Below the pieces are notes generated by a model. That model worked only from the letters and a program-made list of their open reading frames with translations. It was not told the origin of the DNA and searched no databases. Positions 42,320-56,700 of a stretch of 64,000 nucleotides of DNA are shown one piece after another; position 1 is the first letter of the stretch; every line of letters begins with the position of its first letter. The position numbers were made by a program, and so were the translations under genes. The stretch covers positions 22,196,001 to 22,260,000 of the forward strand of contig NC_135759.1 of NCBI RefSeq assembly GCF_052425735.1, written 5' to 3'. Source of the stretch: Oculina patagonica. Lineage: Eukaryota.

Positions 42320-44717
42320 TTGCAGTTTCCCAAACCGGAAGTATTGCAATTTTAAAGGTAGCCTGCAGAACAGGCGGTTTATTTTTGTGGGGTTATCGCG
42401 ACGACCGCGAAGCGTTCTGCAGGCTATTTTAAAGGGTGTAGGTATTGATTATGTTAAATTGAACAAAATGCAAAAGAAAGTGTTGACAAAAAAATGCTTT
42501 TATTTATTTCACCAACCACTTCAAAAACAATCATCAACGTAACCTCGTTCGCAAACGTTCACTTTGGCCATGACGCTGTCTTTCGTCAAGAGCCAACATG
42601 AGGTTTGCAAGGCAGGGTAGTGTCAAAGGCCGCATACAGCTTGAAATTATAACAGTGCATGTCACCATCTCTTTCCGACAGCCTTCTCTCCTACTGCTTA
42701 GCACAAGGGTGCAAGAGGACCAATAGAAGACAAGGGTGTAGGAAAGAGATTGACTGCCGTCTTCATTGTTTAGGTCATCGTTCCTTAATTCCCTCAGTAG
42801 TACAAGTTTGTCGAAAATTCAATCAAGCCCGGCAAAATTAAAGAGAAAATAAATTGATAGCAACCGTGCCATTGACAAAGTGTGGCAAATGAAAGAGTGA
42901 TTCCTTAAAATATAAAACGAAATAACATTACATTTTTTCAGGCTTAGTAGATTTCTAACATTTTCTTTCACACTTGGCGCGATCACTGAATGCTTCTCTT
43001 TCTAGTTATAAACGTATATTACCTATTACATATATGATATAACGTATATTACTACGAGAAAAAGACAGAAGTGTAGCAGCTCTCGTAAGCTTGCAATTCT
43101 ACTGGTGCTCTAGTTTATCAGTTGCTTCTGTTTTCGGGGCTAGGGACATTGTTCCTGTTGTTTGTCCTGTTGTTCTCTCGAAAGGTAGCCAGTCATTCAT
43201 GCGATACCTTCCGAGAGCTGCTACCCGACCCGAAAAAGAAAGAAAAATAGTGTTATTGCAGTGGTTGACAACTTTATACAGCACTGGAATTTCTGTATTT
43301 CTAACCTGCGATCAGGCGTTACTTTCATTTTTTTCTCTTTCCTACCGCCGCAAAAAAAGAACGCCTGATCGCAGGTTACTCCATTTCTTCAAACGTAACC
43401 TTTCGTAAAATGTAATAAACGAAATCGAAGACACTTTTTAAACCGATGGTTTGTATAAACTGGCTCAGAAGTCCAGCAGAACTGGTTCAATCGTTTTCAT
43501 AAGTTTAATTAATATTACCTTTTTTCTCAAAAATGACTACATAAATAATATCTTTTTTTTGGTTCTCAATTTGTCCTGAGCTTCTATCAACTATATTTAA
43601 ATTGAATTAGGTCACCAGGTCAGTTGTTCACCCGAATATTTCCGCTTTTCTACCGAAAATCTTCGCAGAGTGAGAATTGGGCGCAACTATTGATGAGCAA
43701 ATTCCCGAGTAGCCTGATCTAGGCTCTCGGTAGTTGGGGGAGAGCAAAAACACGGGAAAACCAGGAAAAAAAACAAGGCGAAAAGCCTTCTTCCCTCCTC
43801 GTTTTTCAACGCTCGCCCGCGTTTTCGCTCTACCCAAACTACCGAGAGCCTGGAACAGGCTAATTCCCGAGATATTGGCTGGGTTTTTGTTTACCACGGA
43901 GAAGCTCCATTCCCTATTTTCACCGTTCCCATAATACAGCCTGTTAACCCCCCAAACTTTTTGCATAAGCATTGTTTTCAATTTCTCTTGGGATTTGCAG
44001 TGACCTACAATCGTCCAAACAGAAATTGAAAAGAATGCCTAAGCAAAAATTTTGGGGGTGAACAAGATGTATTATGGGATCGTGAAAACAGCGAATACAG
44101 CCATTCTTGGAGACCAATCATAAAAAAAAAATACAAAATAAGCAGACACTAAACTCACTCATGCATTTTTCTCTGCCTGATTATTAGTCAGTTACACATC
44201 ATGTACCAGGATCTTCAAACTTAAGTCGGCATGATTTTAAAATCATTAAATTAAATACTTTATACTTTTTTTGTAAAAGAGTAACTTTTTAAAAATTTCT
44301 CTCCATGCAAGTCGTGAACGGCATCATTAGATTCGAATCGCTCGAGCAATGACCCGATATTTTTAAAATTTTTCTCTGCCTATTTCCTTTTTTCAATAAT
44401 ACAGTGGACAGTATCTCTTACTGTACAAAACTCAGCACTGCGCTTCTGTAAAACAATAAATTGCCACTTACATAAGCCTAACATTTAACAACGTACAAAA
44501 TTGGGCTGAACATTATTACTGCAACAAACACGTAAGCAAAACATAAAACAACAAAAAAGGCTTACTAAACCACAACAGCACGTTTTTAACTGACAGTTTT
44601 GTACTGAAAACAACGCAATCTTAATCCAGCAAGAAGCCCAACCCTTTAAATACAGCACTGGAGATTCACTAATCTTTATATAAGAAGATCACAGTGATTA
44701 ACTAGAGGAACATTTGT

Positions 44718-47700
44718 TTAAAATGTTCTGCCGAAGATGACTGTATCCGGAGGTGCTGGTTCCTTGAGAGGAATATTATAGAATCCTAATTTGGTGTAGA
44801 AGTCCAGAGCGTTGTTGTTGGTGGTTGCTATCTCACAGTGCACTCCCGTGCATTCTTCAGCCTTCAGTGCTGACAGAACACAGGCTAACAGCCGGTTGCC
44901 AAGCCCAAGGTCCTGTCAGTAAAGCACAGAAATGAACGCATGAACAAACAGGCAAACAAACAAAACATGAACAACAAACAGAGGAACACATCAACAACTA
45001 ACTTATTTGTAACCACTGAATTAAAATGTGTTTCTTCGTTGATAAGTTCTACAAACAAGTACCTTAACGTGATAACAGCTACAGTGATTGCGCAATGTAG
45101 TGTATCAACATTAGCATAAGTAGTTAGCAGTAAGTAAAAATTACATCAAAGTAACACATCCGACATAATGGTAGATGTTTTATTTATTCCAGACAGCACA
45201 ACCGACGGCTTCAATTTATATCGTGTATAAATTAGCCTGTGTACACCCCCCCCCTTTTCAACGTTTTTTTGGGCGGGGGGGGAAAGAAAAAGGAGAAAAA
45301 ATGTTATCATTGTATTGTGTTGTCATGCGTTTTATATATGAGTCCCTATATCAGCATGTGAGGGTAACCTCGTCCCACGCATGACGTGAGATTGATTGAC
45401 CTTACACCTGTTTTACAGGCTGTGAAAGGCTATACATAGGCTATCCACAATCTTATCAACACAAGCCTTCCACCTTTAATCACTAGCTGTGATAAACATT
45501 AAAAATAGTGCTTTATTGAAAAACAGTGTATTCAAACCTGTGCACGAGGAAGAAGGTAGATCTGTACATGAGCACTAAACTTTAAAGCCAAGTCTTCAGG
45601 GAGAAATATCTTTGGACTGTGAAAACTGCTGGCAAGTTGTTCAGCATAGGTCCACTCTGATGAATTTCCCTTCGGCTTTTGGTATTTCTTGCATACCTAA
45701 GAAAACAAATTTAATTTCAAAAAATACATTTCTTACTGACCAAGCATGCAGGCTGTACTGGAGAGTGAAAAGGCAGCAGGGAGACCCAGAACAACCTGGA
45801 GGAGGAGAGAATGCAGTTGGGATGGTGTGGCTGGAGTACTAAGAGCGGTAACCTGGCTGAGGAGGAGTGAAACAGAATGTTGCGACATTATGCACCTACA
45901 GGCACAAGGGAAAACATTTCGATGATAATGATGATAAACTATAGTACTGCACAAGAGATTTCAAACGGTGTATGTAAAAAATGTAACAGCTCAGATTAGC
46001 GTATATATTTGTAATCATATTTAATATTCCGGACAGAATTTCATCACTGCTGTTACAGACATGTCACTCAATAAGTAATTACTTACATGCATATACATAT
46101 TTCTTACTGACCAAGCATGCTGGCTGTACTGGCCCTAGGTTTTAACAATACGGATATAATGCAGCATGGTCCATACATAAAAGACTTTGGGCCAATATTC
46201 TCCCATGGTCCCAAGCAGCTGGTCCAATAGTTGAAGGGCTCGGTGGAAAAAGAGCAGTTGTGATTTTTGGCTGAAAACTAACATCGCCGAAACAACTCCA
46301 AATTTCACACGTAGGTTTGTTTACGTCTACAAAACATTGTCCTGTTTTTATTTCCGCTGGGTTTTGCTTATAAATTTTTTTGAGAAATATCGTATGCAAA
46401 ATACCCGGTTTGTCCAGTCTGCGTCTTTGGAGTTCCTTTGTTAATGGCACTTAAACAAACAGGGCTGCAAATAATTTTTTACACTTGAAAGGAGATATGT
46501 CCTACTAAGGCTCCATCTTGATCGGACAAAACAAAATTTTGGTCAGACATCACCAAAAACAAAAGGTTGAATTTTATTCATTGTTGCCGTAAAATGATTT
46601 ATGATTAAAAAATTGTTTGGACATCATGTCCGATCACACTTGGGATTTTGTCTGACATGAGCAAATTTTGGTCGGCCAATGTCTGATGACCGACTGTTAT
46701 TTGCAGCCCTGAACAAAGGAATTCCTAAAGATGCAAGTTGCTTGCAAATGTTATTCCTAGGAAATGAAACAGAAGCCAGCAAAAAATAAATATAGTCACA
46801 TGATTAACACATGTCAACAAACCTGAACGCAAAATTTGGAGTTTCTTTCGAAATGTTCATTTTTTACAATTGCCAAAAATCACTAACACCCTTTTTCCAC
46901 CAGAATCCTTCAGTTAGAGAATATTGGGCTGGCAATAAAGCATTTTGATTGGCTGATTATAGTCATTCGTTCTCTCAACTGTTTTAGTCAAGTAATAAGT
47001 ACACTCAATGGCAAGGCTCCAATGTAAGATCAGAATTATGTAAACTACTACTGAAAATCAGTAATAGGTAAGTTTTTTTTGTACAATATACCTCTGGAAG
47101 CCAGTGTTTCTTGAACTGCTCATAAAAGTGTTTTGAATCAGGAGCTGCTACTGCATAGCCACAGATGCCATCCCCATCCTCCACCACAAACACATGTTCA
47201 GGACAGATCTTCAGATAGGGACCAACAAACCTAAATAATCGATTTATAAACAGTAGACAATCACTAACGTTCTCATCCCCCCCCCCCCCCACCAAAAAAA
47301 AAAAGGAAACCTCGAGCCATGCAGCCTAAACTGCCAGAGCTTATCCCTGTTTCTGTAGCATTAAGCAGCTAGGAATATTTCTTGTCCCCCCTGAATGGGA
47401 TGCTATTCAATCGTAGGGATTCCCCCCCCCAGCATTATGTTGCCGATACCCATTTACACACCTGGGTGGAGAGGGGCACTATGAGAGTTAACTGTCTTGC
47501 CCAAAAACACAACACAAGTGACCTTGGCCAGGGTTTGAACCTGGACCGCTCAATCCAGAGTGCAATGCACTAACCATTAGGCCACCATGCCTCCAATTCC
47601 CCTCAAAAAGGTAAGCTGTAAATGTTACATGTAATGTACCAAATAGCATGCAGTAGAAACTCAGTTACTGCAGAGTCAGTTATTGATACTAATGACTAAC

Positions 47701-50700
47701 CTGTCTCCTGCCATGTTGAATTGTTTGCAAGGAAATAAGTCATGTCCATCTTCCCAGTCATCACATGTTGAAACACAAATTTCATACAAGGATTTCTGCA
47801 AAAAAAAGGCACAAAAACAGGCATGAATGATGATTTGTAGTTCCACTGCTTAAGTTTTGTTTTTCGGGTGATGAGACGATCCTTGCACAATCTACACGTA
47901 CTTGTGAGTAAGACACCACTGTGCAGAAAAACTTACAGATCATGTAAAAGAAAAGTACTTTCCTAAACAAAGGACACCAACTAGGTGGATAATTGCATAC
48001 ATATTTTACATTACCATCCAAAGTATAGTGACTTATAGTGGCTGTTACAGTGCCAAAAGTTGCTTTTGAACAAAGTACTTCTAGATGTACTTTACTACAA
48101 ACAATCTGTACCTCGTCTTCTGTTTGGTACGGTCTGATTGTGTAGATACATGTTGTGGGAATTTCAGGAGCTCTTAAGTTGAACACTTCATGCCCTCCAT
48201 CTATAGGTAAGAGTCTCTGCAAGCACAATACACACTAACAATCAAAACACTTGACAGTGATACATGCACTCACTCTCTCAACATAATTTTTTCAACATTT
48301 TGGATGAACTTTCTCAACATCAATCAAGACTAAATTACTTTCACTGATTTTTACTATGGTCACTAATCAACAAGAATGTCTCTAGTGTTCATGTTTTCAT
48401 GTTTTTAGTTTATAAGAGTGCAGGATAAACAAAATTTAATCTTATAGCTCAGGGCTTATGTTCTTTCTTCCTTAGGGGCACATCCTACACAGATTATCTA
48501 TTGTAGGAAATTAACACTCCATAAAATTAACATGATTTATTAAAAATTGCGTTTATTTAAGGAAACAATATCCTTCTCTTCTCTATGCACCATTTTTCAG
48601 TCTTTAAGATGTAAAAGCCTTAAAGATTGTCATCTGCAATTTTTTCCAGTTTATTCTTGCTTTCAGAAGAGTGGTACAGCAGCGAAAATATCTTTAGAGT
48701 CATCACAAATCGTGCTAATTTACTTCATTTAAAGAAATTTTCCCTCCAATTCGCATTAATTTAAGTCGCATTTGTTTCAAAGACCTTAATTTAGGGAAAT
48801 ATAAATCTCTTTTAATAAAGTATAAAATCTAGTAAACAAAACGTTTTCTACAATTCATACTGCAGCAAAACATGCAACATACCTGCAGTTCTCCACATAA
48901 ACCTCCTCTAAACACCCAAGGTTCTGGATCTTCTGGGAAAAAACTTTGCCCTTTTTGTTTCTTCCTCTTGTTTTTTGTGCTAAGCCAATTCACAAACGTG
49001 TCCAGCAACTGCAAGACTTCCTTAACATCCCACACATACGGATAAAGATCATACAACAATGCTCTGTTGGAAGTCTCAGTTAGTCTCACAAACATCTCTC
49101 CTACAGACCGACAGATCTCATGGAATTTCTCAGCTCTGTCATTCCACTCGGTTATCTGGAATACAGCAAAATAATAACCTTGATAAGTATGTTTACCATG
49201 ATCCATCACATCACTGGGAAATTAAATTTTTGTGACCATTTGCTAGCCCAAAAGTCATTTTCACTAGCCCAAAAAATCCTCATAAGCATGATAAATTTCC
49301 TCCAAAAAAAAATTCCCGAAGATTTTCACTTGCCCGTCAGGTAAGTGAAGGATAAAAATATTAATACACTAGCTTGACTGCAAAATCCACTAGCCCCGGG
49401 CTATCGGACTAATACTTCTTTGCATGCTGCTACAGTACAAGAGACCAGATGTAACTGCACCGTGATGGAGGTGGTTGGATGGTGGTTGGGGAGTAAAAAG
49501 GCAGCAGGGATACCCAAAACAACCTTGAGAAGGAGAGAATGCAGGTGGGATGATGTGGCTGGAGTACTAAGAGTGGTAACCTGGCAGAGGAAGAGTGAAA
49601 CAGAATGTTGTGGCCTTGTGGATCTATTGGCACAAGGAAAAACAGTGATGATAATGATGATGAACTGTAGTGCTGTACAAGAGATTTCAAACGGTGTATG
49701 TAAAAAATGTAACAGCTCAGATTAGCGTATATATTTGTAATCATATTTAATATTCCAGAAACAAACTCATCATTGCTATTACAGACACATCACTCACCTA
49801 AGTACTTACTAACATGCAAACTAACTTACAAGCTTGGGTCTGAAAGGGTTTGAAACCATACCTTAGATTTCTGCTCTTGTTCAGTAAGTTCCATAAACTC
49901 TTGTGAATCCTCTTTGATTGCATTGAACTTGAGCCATTTGAAATCAGATATGATCTGTTTGGCTTTCTGACCATGGTTGTATGGTAGATAGAATAAATCC
50001 ACCAGCAACAGAAGGTCTTCAACACTCAGTGGTGTCATGGCAGGTTTTTCCTTCAGTTCACTTATCTCCATTGGCATCTCTTGCTCTTTCTTTGCTGTGT
50101 TTTCATCTTTCTTTTCTAAAATTGCAAAGAAACTAGTCATCATAATGGTATTTCAATGTACAAGAAAAGTAGTTTTCTGACAAGTTTGTAAAACCAAAAC
50201 AAAAACAGCCACATCTTGCCCCCAGGGGGGTACTACGGCTTGTAAATGACAACGATGATCAAAGGATTTTTTTGGGTTAGAAATTTTTGATTCTGGGATT
50301 TTTTTGGGTAAGAAGATTTGGCAAGTATTTTTTTGGGTGACTTGATTCAAATAGGGGATCTCTTTGGGTATTAAAAACAAACTAAAGTGATTTGGCACGG
50401 CCTTGGCATATTTATGGTATGATGAATAAACAAACACGAGCATTATTGCCCCTCCTAGCAATATAGGGGTAATTTGGCAAGGGATTTTTTTAGGAGTTAT
50501 TTTTGGTCCAGGGATTTTTTGGGGTAATGTCGGAAGAGTTAGGGATTTTTTTGGGACCTGAGTTTTGCCTTCATTCGATCATCCCCGTCATTTACAAGTC
50601 GGAGTACCCCCCTGGGATCTTGCCATGCACGACACAAACACAAACTTAAGAAGAATCACTGTTTTGTTGTTTTTGACGCAACAGTTTGTCTGCTCTGACT

Positions 50701-53700
50701 GGCTATGGCATTTGGCACAATTTCACAATGCAAAACCATAGCAAATAGAATTTAAGTGTGTATAATAATTTTTACTATCAAGTGCATGTACCTCCCTCCC
50801 ATCTATTCCTTGCCATACCCGTCCCCCTAAAAGAGCTGAATTAGAGCCACTTTCAAAACAGAACTTTAACAAAAACCTGTTTTACAAGTGATCTTTCTTT
50901 AACAGCTTTAGTTATTACAATGTTTAACCAGAACTGGCCAATACATGCATGTCTTATGAGCATCATTCTCATATCCTTGGTACTGAATCTGTACATTGTG
51001 AGACAGCTCACAAAAATAAAATAAAATCAGCAACTATACCCTGATGCACCACTAAATTCAAAGAAAAACAACAACAAATAAAAGATATGCCTGGCAATTA
51101 TTAAGGGGCATTTTCAGCTTAAGACCTGTCTAACTGGTGAATATGTAATATGTGAACATATAACTTAGAGTGAGTGACTTCTACCTCTTACCTGAGGATT
51201 CAGAAGAAGAGGTACTAAGCTTTTTCCTACTGTTTTCCTTTGCAACCTTTATTGGCGAAGGAGTCACTACAGGTGAACACACAGAGGTAGTGACATTTGT
51301 ATGTGATGTTCCCATGGGAGCTTGCACAGGAATTGGCATAGCCTCAGGTACCATACTGTAGGCACCACTCTTGGCATAGGTTCTGGATGTAGCATGCTTT
51401 ACTTTAGAAAATTCTTCCAACCAGGCAGACACAGCCTCTCGCAGTGCATTCTGTGGATTATAGTTTGTGCGAATAGTAGCACTCTTAGATTCACTCAGTG
51501 ATGCACCACTTTCTGTCTCCATTTCACCTTCGACCTTGACACTTTCACTGTCTGTTTCACTAGACATACTGTCTGGAGAGACTTCTTGATCAGCTTCTTT
51601 TGCAGCATTGCTACTACCATTACTCTCAGTACTAGCAAGCAGATCCTCTTCCATGGGCTCACCTGAATTACTTAACTTCTCAGCTTTTAGATCAATGCTC
51701 ATTGGTTCTTCTACAGTGGTCAGTGAGGAATCTCTTAGCCATGAACCAAGAGTGTGGACAGCAATAAAATTACTTTCAAACTCACAATTAGGGTTTGTCA
51801 GCACACCATTTAGCATGGGGAAAAGCTCGCCTGGCCTCCCATCATAAGGCCCCAAGAAGACTCGCCGCTGATCATAGTCATTTGCATGAATGTTGTCCCA
51901 AATAACAGGTTTCCGTTTAAGCACAGTTGTTAGGGCCTCAATAGTTTGCGTGGTAATCACTTTGGAGACTACCTTTGGACCTAAAATGAGTGAAGTAGCA
52001 ACATAAGAATGATGTTGTGTCAAGTGTGACAACACATAGTACACAGACACATGGGCTGCTATATACAGGCACGTCTAGTCTTTCTTTCCCAAAGCCAGCA
52101 TTTATATTTAACACTCTGTTTTCAAAAAACTGAATTGCTAATTGCCAAGAATAAGAAACTAACCAACTCAATTTAATCCATGCAATCAGAAGTAAAGGAT
52201 AAATCCAGTGAAGCTTAAGATCACTGTAATATAATTTTCCAAAAGTAGATCTGTTTTCTGTGGCATTGAGAATTGCATAGCCGCAGTGCAGTAAGCGGCT
52301 AAAGTGGGCTCTTAACCTTCACTGAACTTAGCCCCTACCCTGCAGATGTTTCAAAAAGGCAAATATCATTTTATTGAATATATTCAAAGTTAGGTCTGTT
52401 ACAGTACAGTCAATCAATTTTGAGTCTAATCAATAATTTTACATCTCACAATATTCATCAATCAGCAAGGTAGTTTTTGTACAGGAATCATTGCCAAAAC
52501 TTTTGTTCCATATTAAAGATTGAAAAGGACAAAACCTTTACTCTTTCATAATCTGGATTTCTCTTTTACACAACAGCTAGTTCTTTTCACACAAACATTC
52601 ACAACACAAAATAAAACATGTTCACTGGTCACTCACTATGACAACAACTACTACTACAATCACAGAAAACACAATTAAGACACACAAAGAGATTTTTATA
52701 AGGCCATTTTGCATAATAAATTGACTCTGGCACAAGTGGGTAAATTGACTCTTGTTCAAATTGTTTTCTTCCAAATATCTGTTTTTCCACTTTTCAATTG
52801 GGCCGGAGCCTGTTATGATGAGAATGGTCTTATGTAAAAAAATTCTGTTTTCAATAGTATTGTTCTTTCTTTTAAAGTGGAAACTAAACAAAGTTCACAA
52901 GAATTTTGAACTTTCCTTGTTTTAGTAATTTTGAGGAGGGTAATTTTAGAATTGCATTTGTCTCTGCAAATTTTTATCCAAGAATACTTTTTGCAAGAGG
53001 TGAATTAAACACCTGACTGTATTTCCAACTTTTTTAGAAAGAACAAAAAGTGAAAACAGGATTATGCTGCAGGTTGCTCATAAAACTTAGACAGCCATTC
53101 TTTGCCACTAAATAAAACCACTCTATAACAAATTAACTGATAAAAGCATTTTTATAGTGTTTCCACCGATAACCATAGAAACAGTTAATGCTGGAGATCC
53201 AGATTCTTCTGTAGCTGTAGCAATAGGTTCTTAAACAGATTATTGCCTTCTTTTTAGGTCAATTGGAGAGTGTTTTAATTCATTGTACCAAGGATATGCC
53301 ATTTAAATGTTACAAGCAACCAATTTTGACTGTTGATAGTTGTTTCTTTGCAGTAACGTGTTTTTAGAAAAAAAAGAAAAGAAAAGAATCCAAACATTTA
53401 GGGCAGCACATATGAAAAGCAGGGGGTGCGAGACTGCAAAGGCGCCAAGACTCAGTCATTACTAACATTAAAGGTGCCAGTAAATGATTTCTCATGGAAA
53501 CTGCAAAGAACACTGCTCAACAGTTCTTTACGCCGAAATGGATGCAGTGAGCAAGAAACATTTAGGTTTATGTTTCTTGTCGGGAATAATTCATGGAGTT
53601 TATTTAGCTGTATAAACCTGACAGAGTTCCAGAAAAAGTGAAGGTTTTGTGCAACAAAGGTATATTGTTACAAACTGTTTTTGTTGTTGTTTTTTTTGCA

Positions 53701-56700
53701 AAATGGTGATAATGTAAATGCAATGAATTTTCTTATTAGAAAAGATATTGTTCAGTACACGAAAATTTATGTTTTATTTTTCATGACTGCAAAATACAAA
53801 CCAAACCTGGAATATACAATATTATTGTTCATTGTGCACATTTATCAAGCACATTCACAACATGCTCACAAGATTACATTTCCTGCTATTCAAGGAAAAT
53901 ATTTTGTTATATTTTGACAAACTTGTGGCAAATCTGTTTCTTTCTAGAGTTTCCCGAATTACATTTTCTCTCTCATTTGCACACAATATTTCAAAGGCTG
54001 CAGCTGCCCCATGAAAAACTTAAAAAGGTTGTTAACTTGAAATTTTAAATCATTTTTCATGTTTTCACTGCCAATCAAACAATCACTGTTGTTCACATTG
54101 ATATGCACTCCAGAACTTAATAAAAATCTATTTAACAAAACAGGGGGTTGATCCTGTAAGCACGTTGTAGGTTTAGTAATGTTTATTTTATGAACAAGAA
54201 TTTTTCTGAGTTGGTTAATTTGTTTACATTTTTAGTTTGATCATATGCTTGAGCTGTTTATTTTGGTGATATTTATAGATCAAACTTCTTCTGATCATCA
54301 TAATCATCAAGTGTCAGAAGAACTTTGATCTGCTGGATTATGAACCCTACACATGAAACCATGGATATCTGAAGATTGCTCGATCCTGAAAGGCTGGCTG
54401 GCTGGCAGGAAAGGAAAAACTAAGATGCAACTGTACCTTCAACCAAGCATAGAAGAAGCAGGCTAGGATTTGTCCCTCACCACACTGCTAAATGAAACAG
54501 GACATGTTGACAACAAAACCAGCATTCATCAATGATAAATCAAATCAAAAGTCAAATTCACAAAATAAAAAAATTAAAATAACAATATTTACCTGTCCAC
54601 ATAATGTTTATCTTCGGGTTAAGCTTATTCCCCAAGGTAATAAGGTAGTCTGAAGTCTCTACAGTTGGAACAGCTCTAGTACCACAGTACTCTACACACA
54701 TGAAAGATCAAATCAGTTTACTAGGTGAAATACCAAAAATGATCTAATAAATGCCCGGGGCATCTATTTAATTTTAGGGGTCCGAGGAGGGGCATTAAAT
54801 ATGAGACGTTTATTAGAGAGAGGCGTTTAATTCACTTTAACTGTAACAACATCAAAGAAACAAATAAGATGTGTAGCTTGCTTGCGGAGTAAAATAGAAA
54901 ACAGAGTTTGCGAGTAGGAGACTAATCTATTCTTCGCTAATGCAAGAGATGTCGTTCATAGTTAATTGATATCGATGTCTTCATCGTCATCAGGGTCAAC
55001 CATATTGGCATTGTTGGCGTCTTCAATGTCCGATTCAAGCAAGAAACTAAATAAATTGCGTGATTTTACTCTATGGCTTGGAGCATTGCCTTGGTTTTTG
55101 AGGAGATTCTTGGAAGGGGCGTTATTATACACAAGGCGATTATTAGGGGGGGCTAGTACAAACTTAACAGCAAAGAGGGGGCATTTATTAGATACAAGGT
55201 GTTTATTTGAGAGTGGGCGTTTATTAGATCATTTACGGTACACTATATTACAAGTAACTGTGGTGCTCAAGGTTGACTAAAACAGGTGTTTCTGTAGCAT
55301 GACATCTCCTTCCAAGCATTATCTTACATTGCAAAAACCTCTGTTAAAAATGTTTCTATTTGTAACATTATTCAGAGGTGTGTTATATTCAACTACACAA
55401 ATAAAATACTTATTCTCTATTGTACAAAACAATGACCTTGCAGAATGTGTATAGAAGTACTGCATGGCAAGTTTACAATGAAAGGGAATTTACCTGTTGG
55501 ACAAAAGAGAAAGCTTGGACATCCCAAGTGTTTGTATACGTTATTGGTGATTTCCACCTGAGCATCGCCAAATGTACTAAATGCTTCAAGATCAGCACCA
55601 TGTAGCTGTGGATCAATGTCATCAAATAACAAGGCAAATGCCGCACAACCAAGCTTTTGAACCTGAGAAGGGACCATCAAATTAATACAGTTTGCATTCA
55701 CTGATAGTACTGAGACTGTACAAGCCAAAATAAAAATGCTACACTTCCAGTAGAAATGACCTGCACATAATAATTGTTGATGATAAAAAATTAAGTAATG
55801 ACTTCTAAAGGACATCGGAACATTTGTGTACATTTTAGTGAATACATGTATATGCGTTGTAGGTCATATTGGTTTTCAAGTTAAATGTTTCTAACCTAAA
55901 GAAAACACTCTTTCAAACACTTAATGCAATTTACATTTATTTACTAGGGTTTTCTTTTTAATGAATTCAAATTGTTTTATGTTATTCTTAATGTTTCACC
56001 TTCAGATTAAAACATCTTAAACAAAGCTAGAAAACTTGGAAAACAATTTGATCTACAAGTCATGTGAATGAACTACATATATAAACTAATGACTTGATCA
56101 GGGTTGTCGCTAAGAGCCGGTTGCTGGCTAATTTCACTGGCTGAAAGAGAACCTAAAATCCGGATAAAATTCACATTAAAACAAAGACTTACCGGTAGGT
56201 AAACTTTTAGAGCTGCCAATGCCATAAAGGCCAGCTGGGCTTGTTAATGACCCGGCTCAGCGTTTTCTTACCTACATCCTTGCTTGATTATAGCACAAAT
56301 TACAATGAAAAAGAAAATATATATATTACCTGGTCCATCTTCTTTTTGAGCAGCTGAATGTCTCTTGAGTTTGAAAACAAAATATCAAGACCAGGAGATA
56401 AGGCATAGTAGAATGTTATCCCACATTCCTTTGATGATGCAATAAGCTGCTTCAAATTTTCTGTTGAGATATAAATTAAATAATTCAGAGAAAGTGAGAC
56501 ACTAAATAAGAGGAGTTGTGTCTCACTGCATGGCTTGATTATCAGACCCAAAACACACAGTCAAATGTTTGGCATATATGTACATTTCACAATCATTCTG
56601 CAAATCATGTGGAATATCATGCAACACTTAGTAACAAGGGCGCAGGCCGAGTGAGCTAAAATCAGTCGATATTCTGCAAGATTGAACAGGATTATTGTTT

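Noticed and set aside
45733-45954. ORFs in the duplicated OGA intronic block as alternative exons (also 49420-49744)
   Set aside because: Frames are not conserved between the copies, and the OGA model is complete and in phase without them.
41953-50616. Inverted pair 41953-42319 / 50221-50616 as the ends of one large transposon carrying the OGA 3' half
   Set aside because: Each copy has its own two TIRs and its own distinct TSD, so they are independent insertions.
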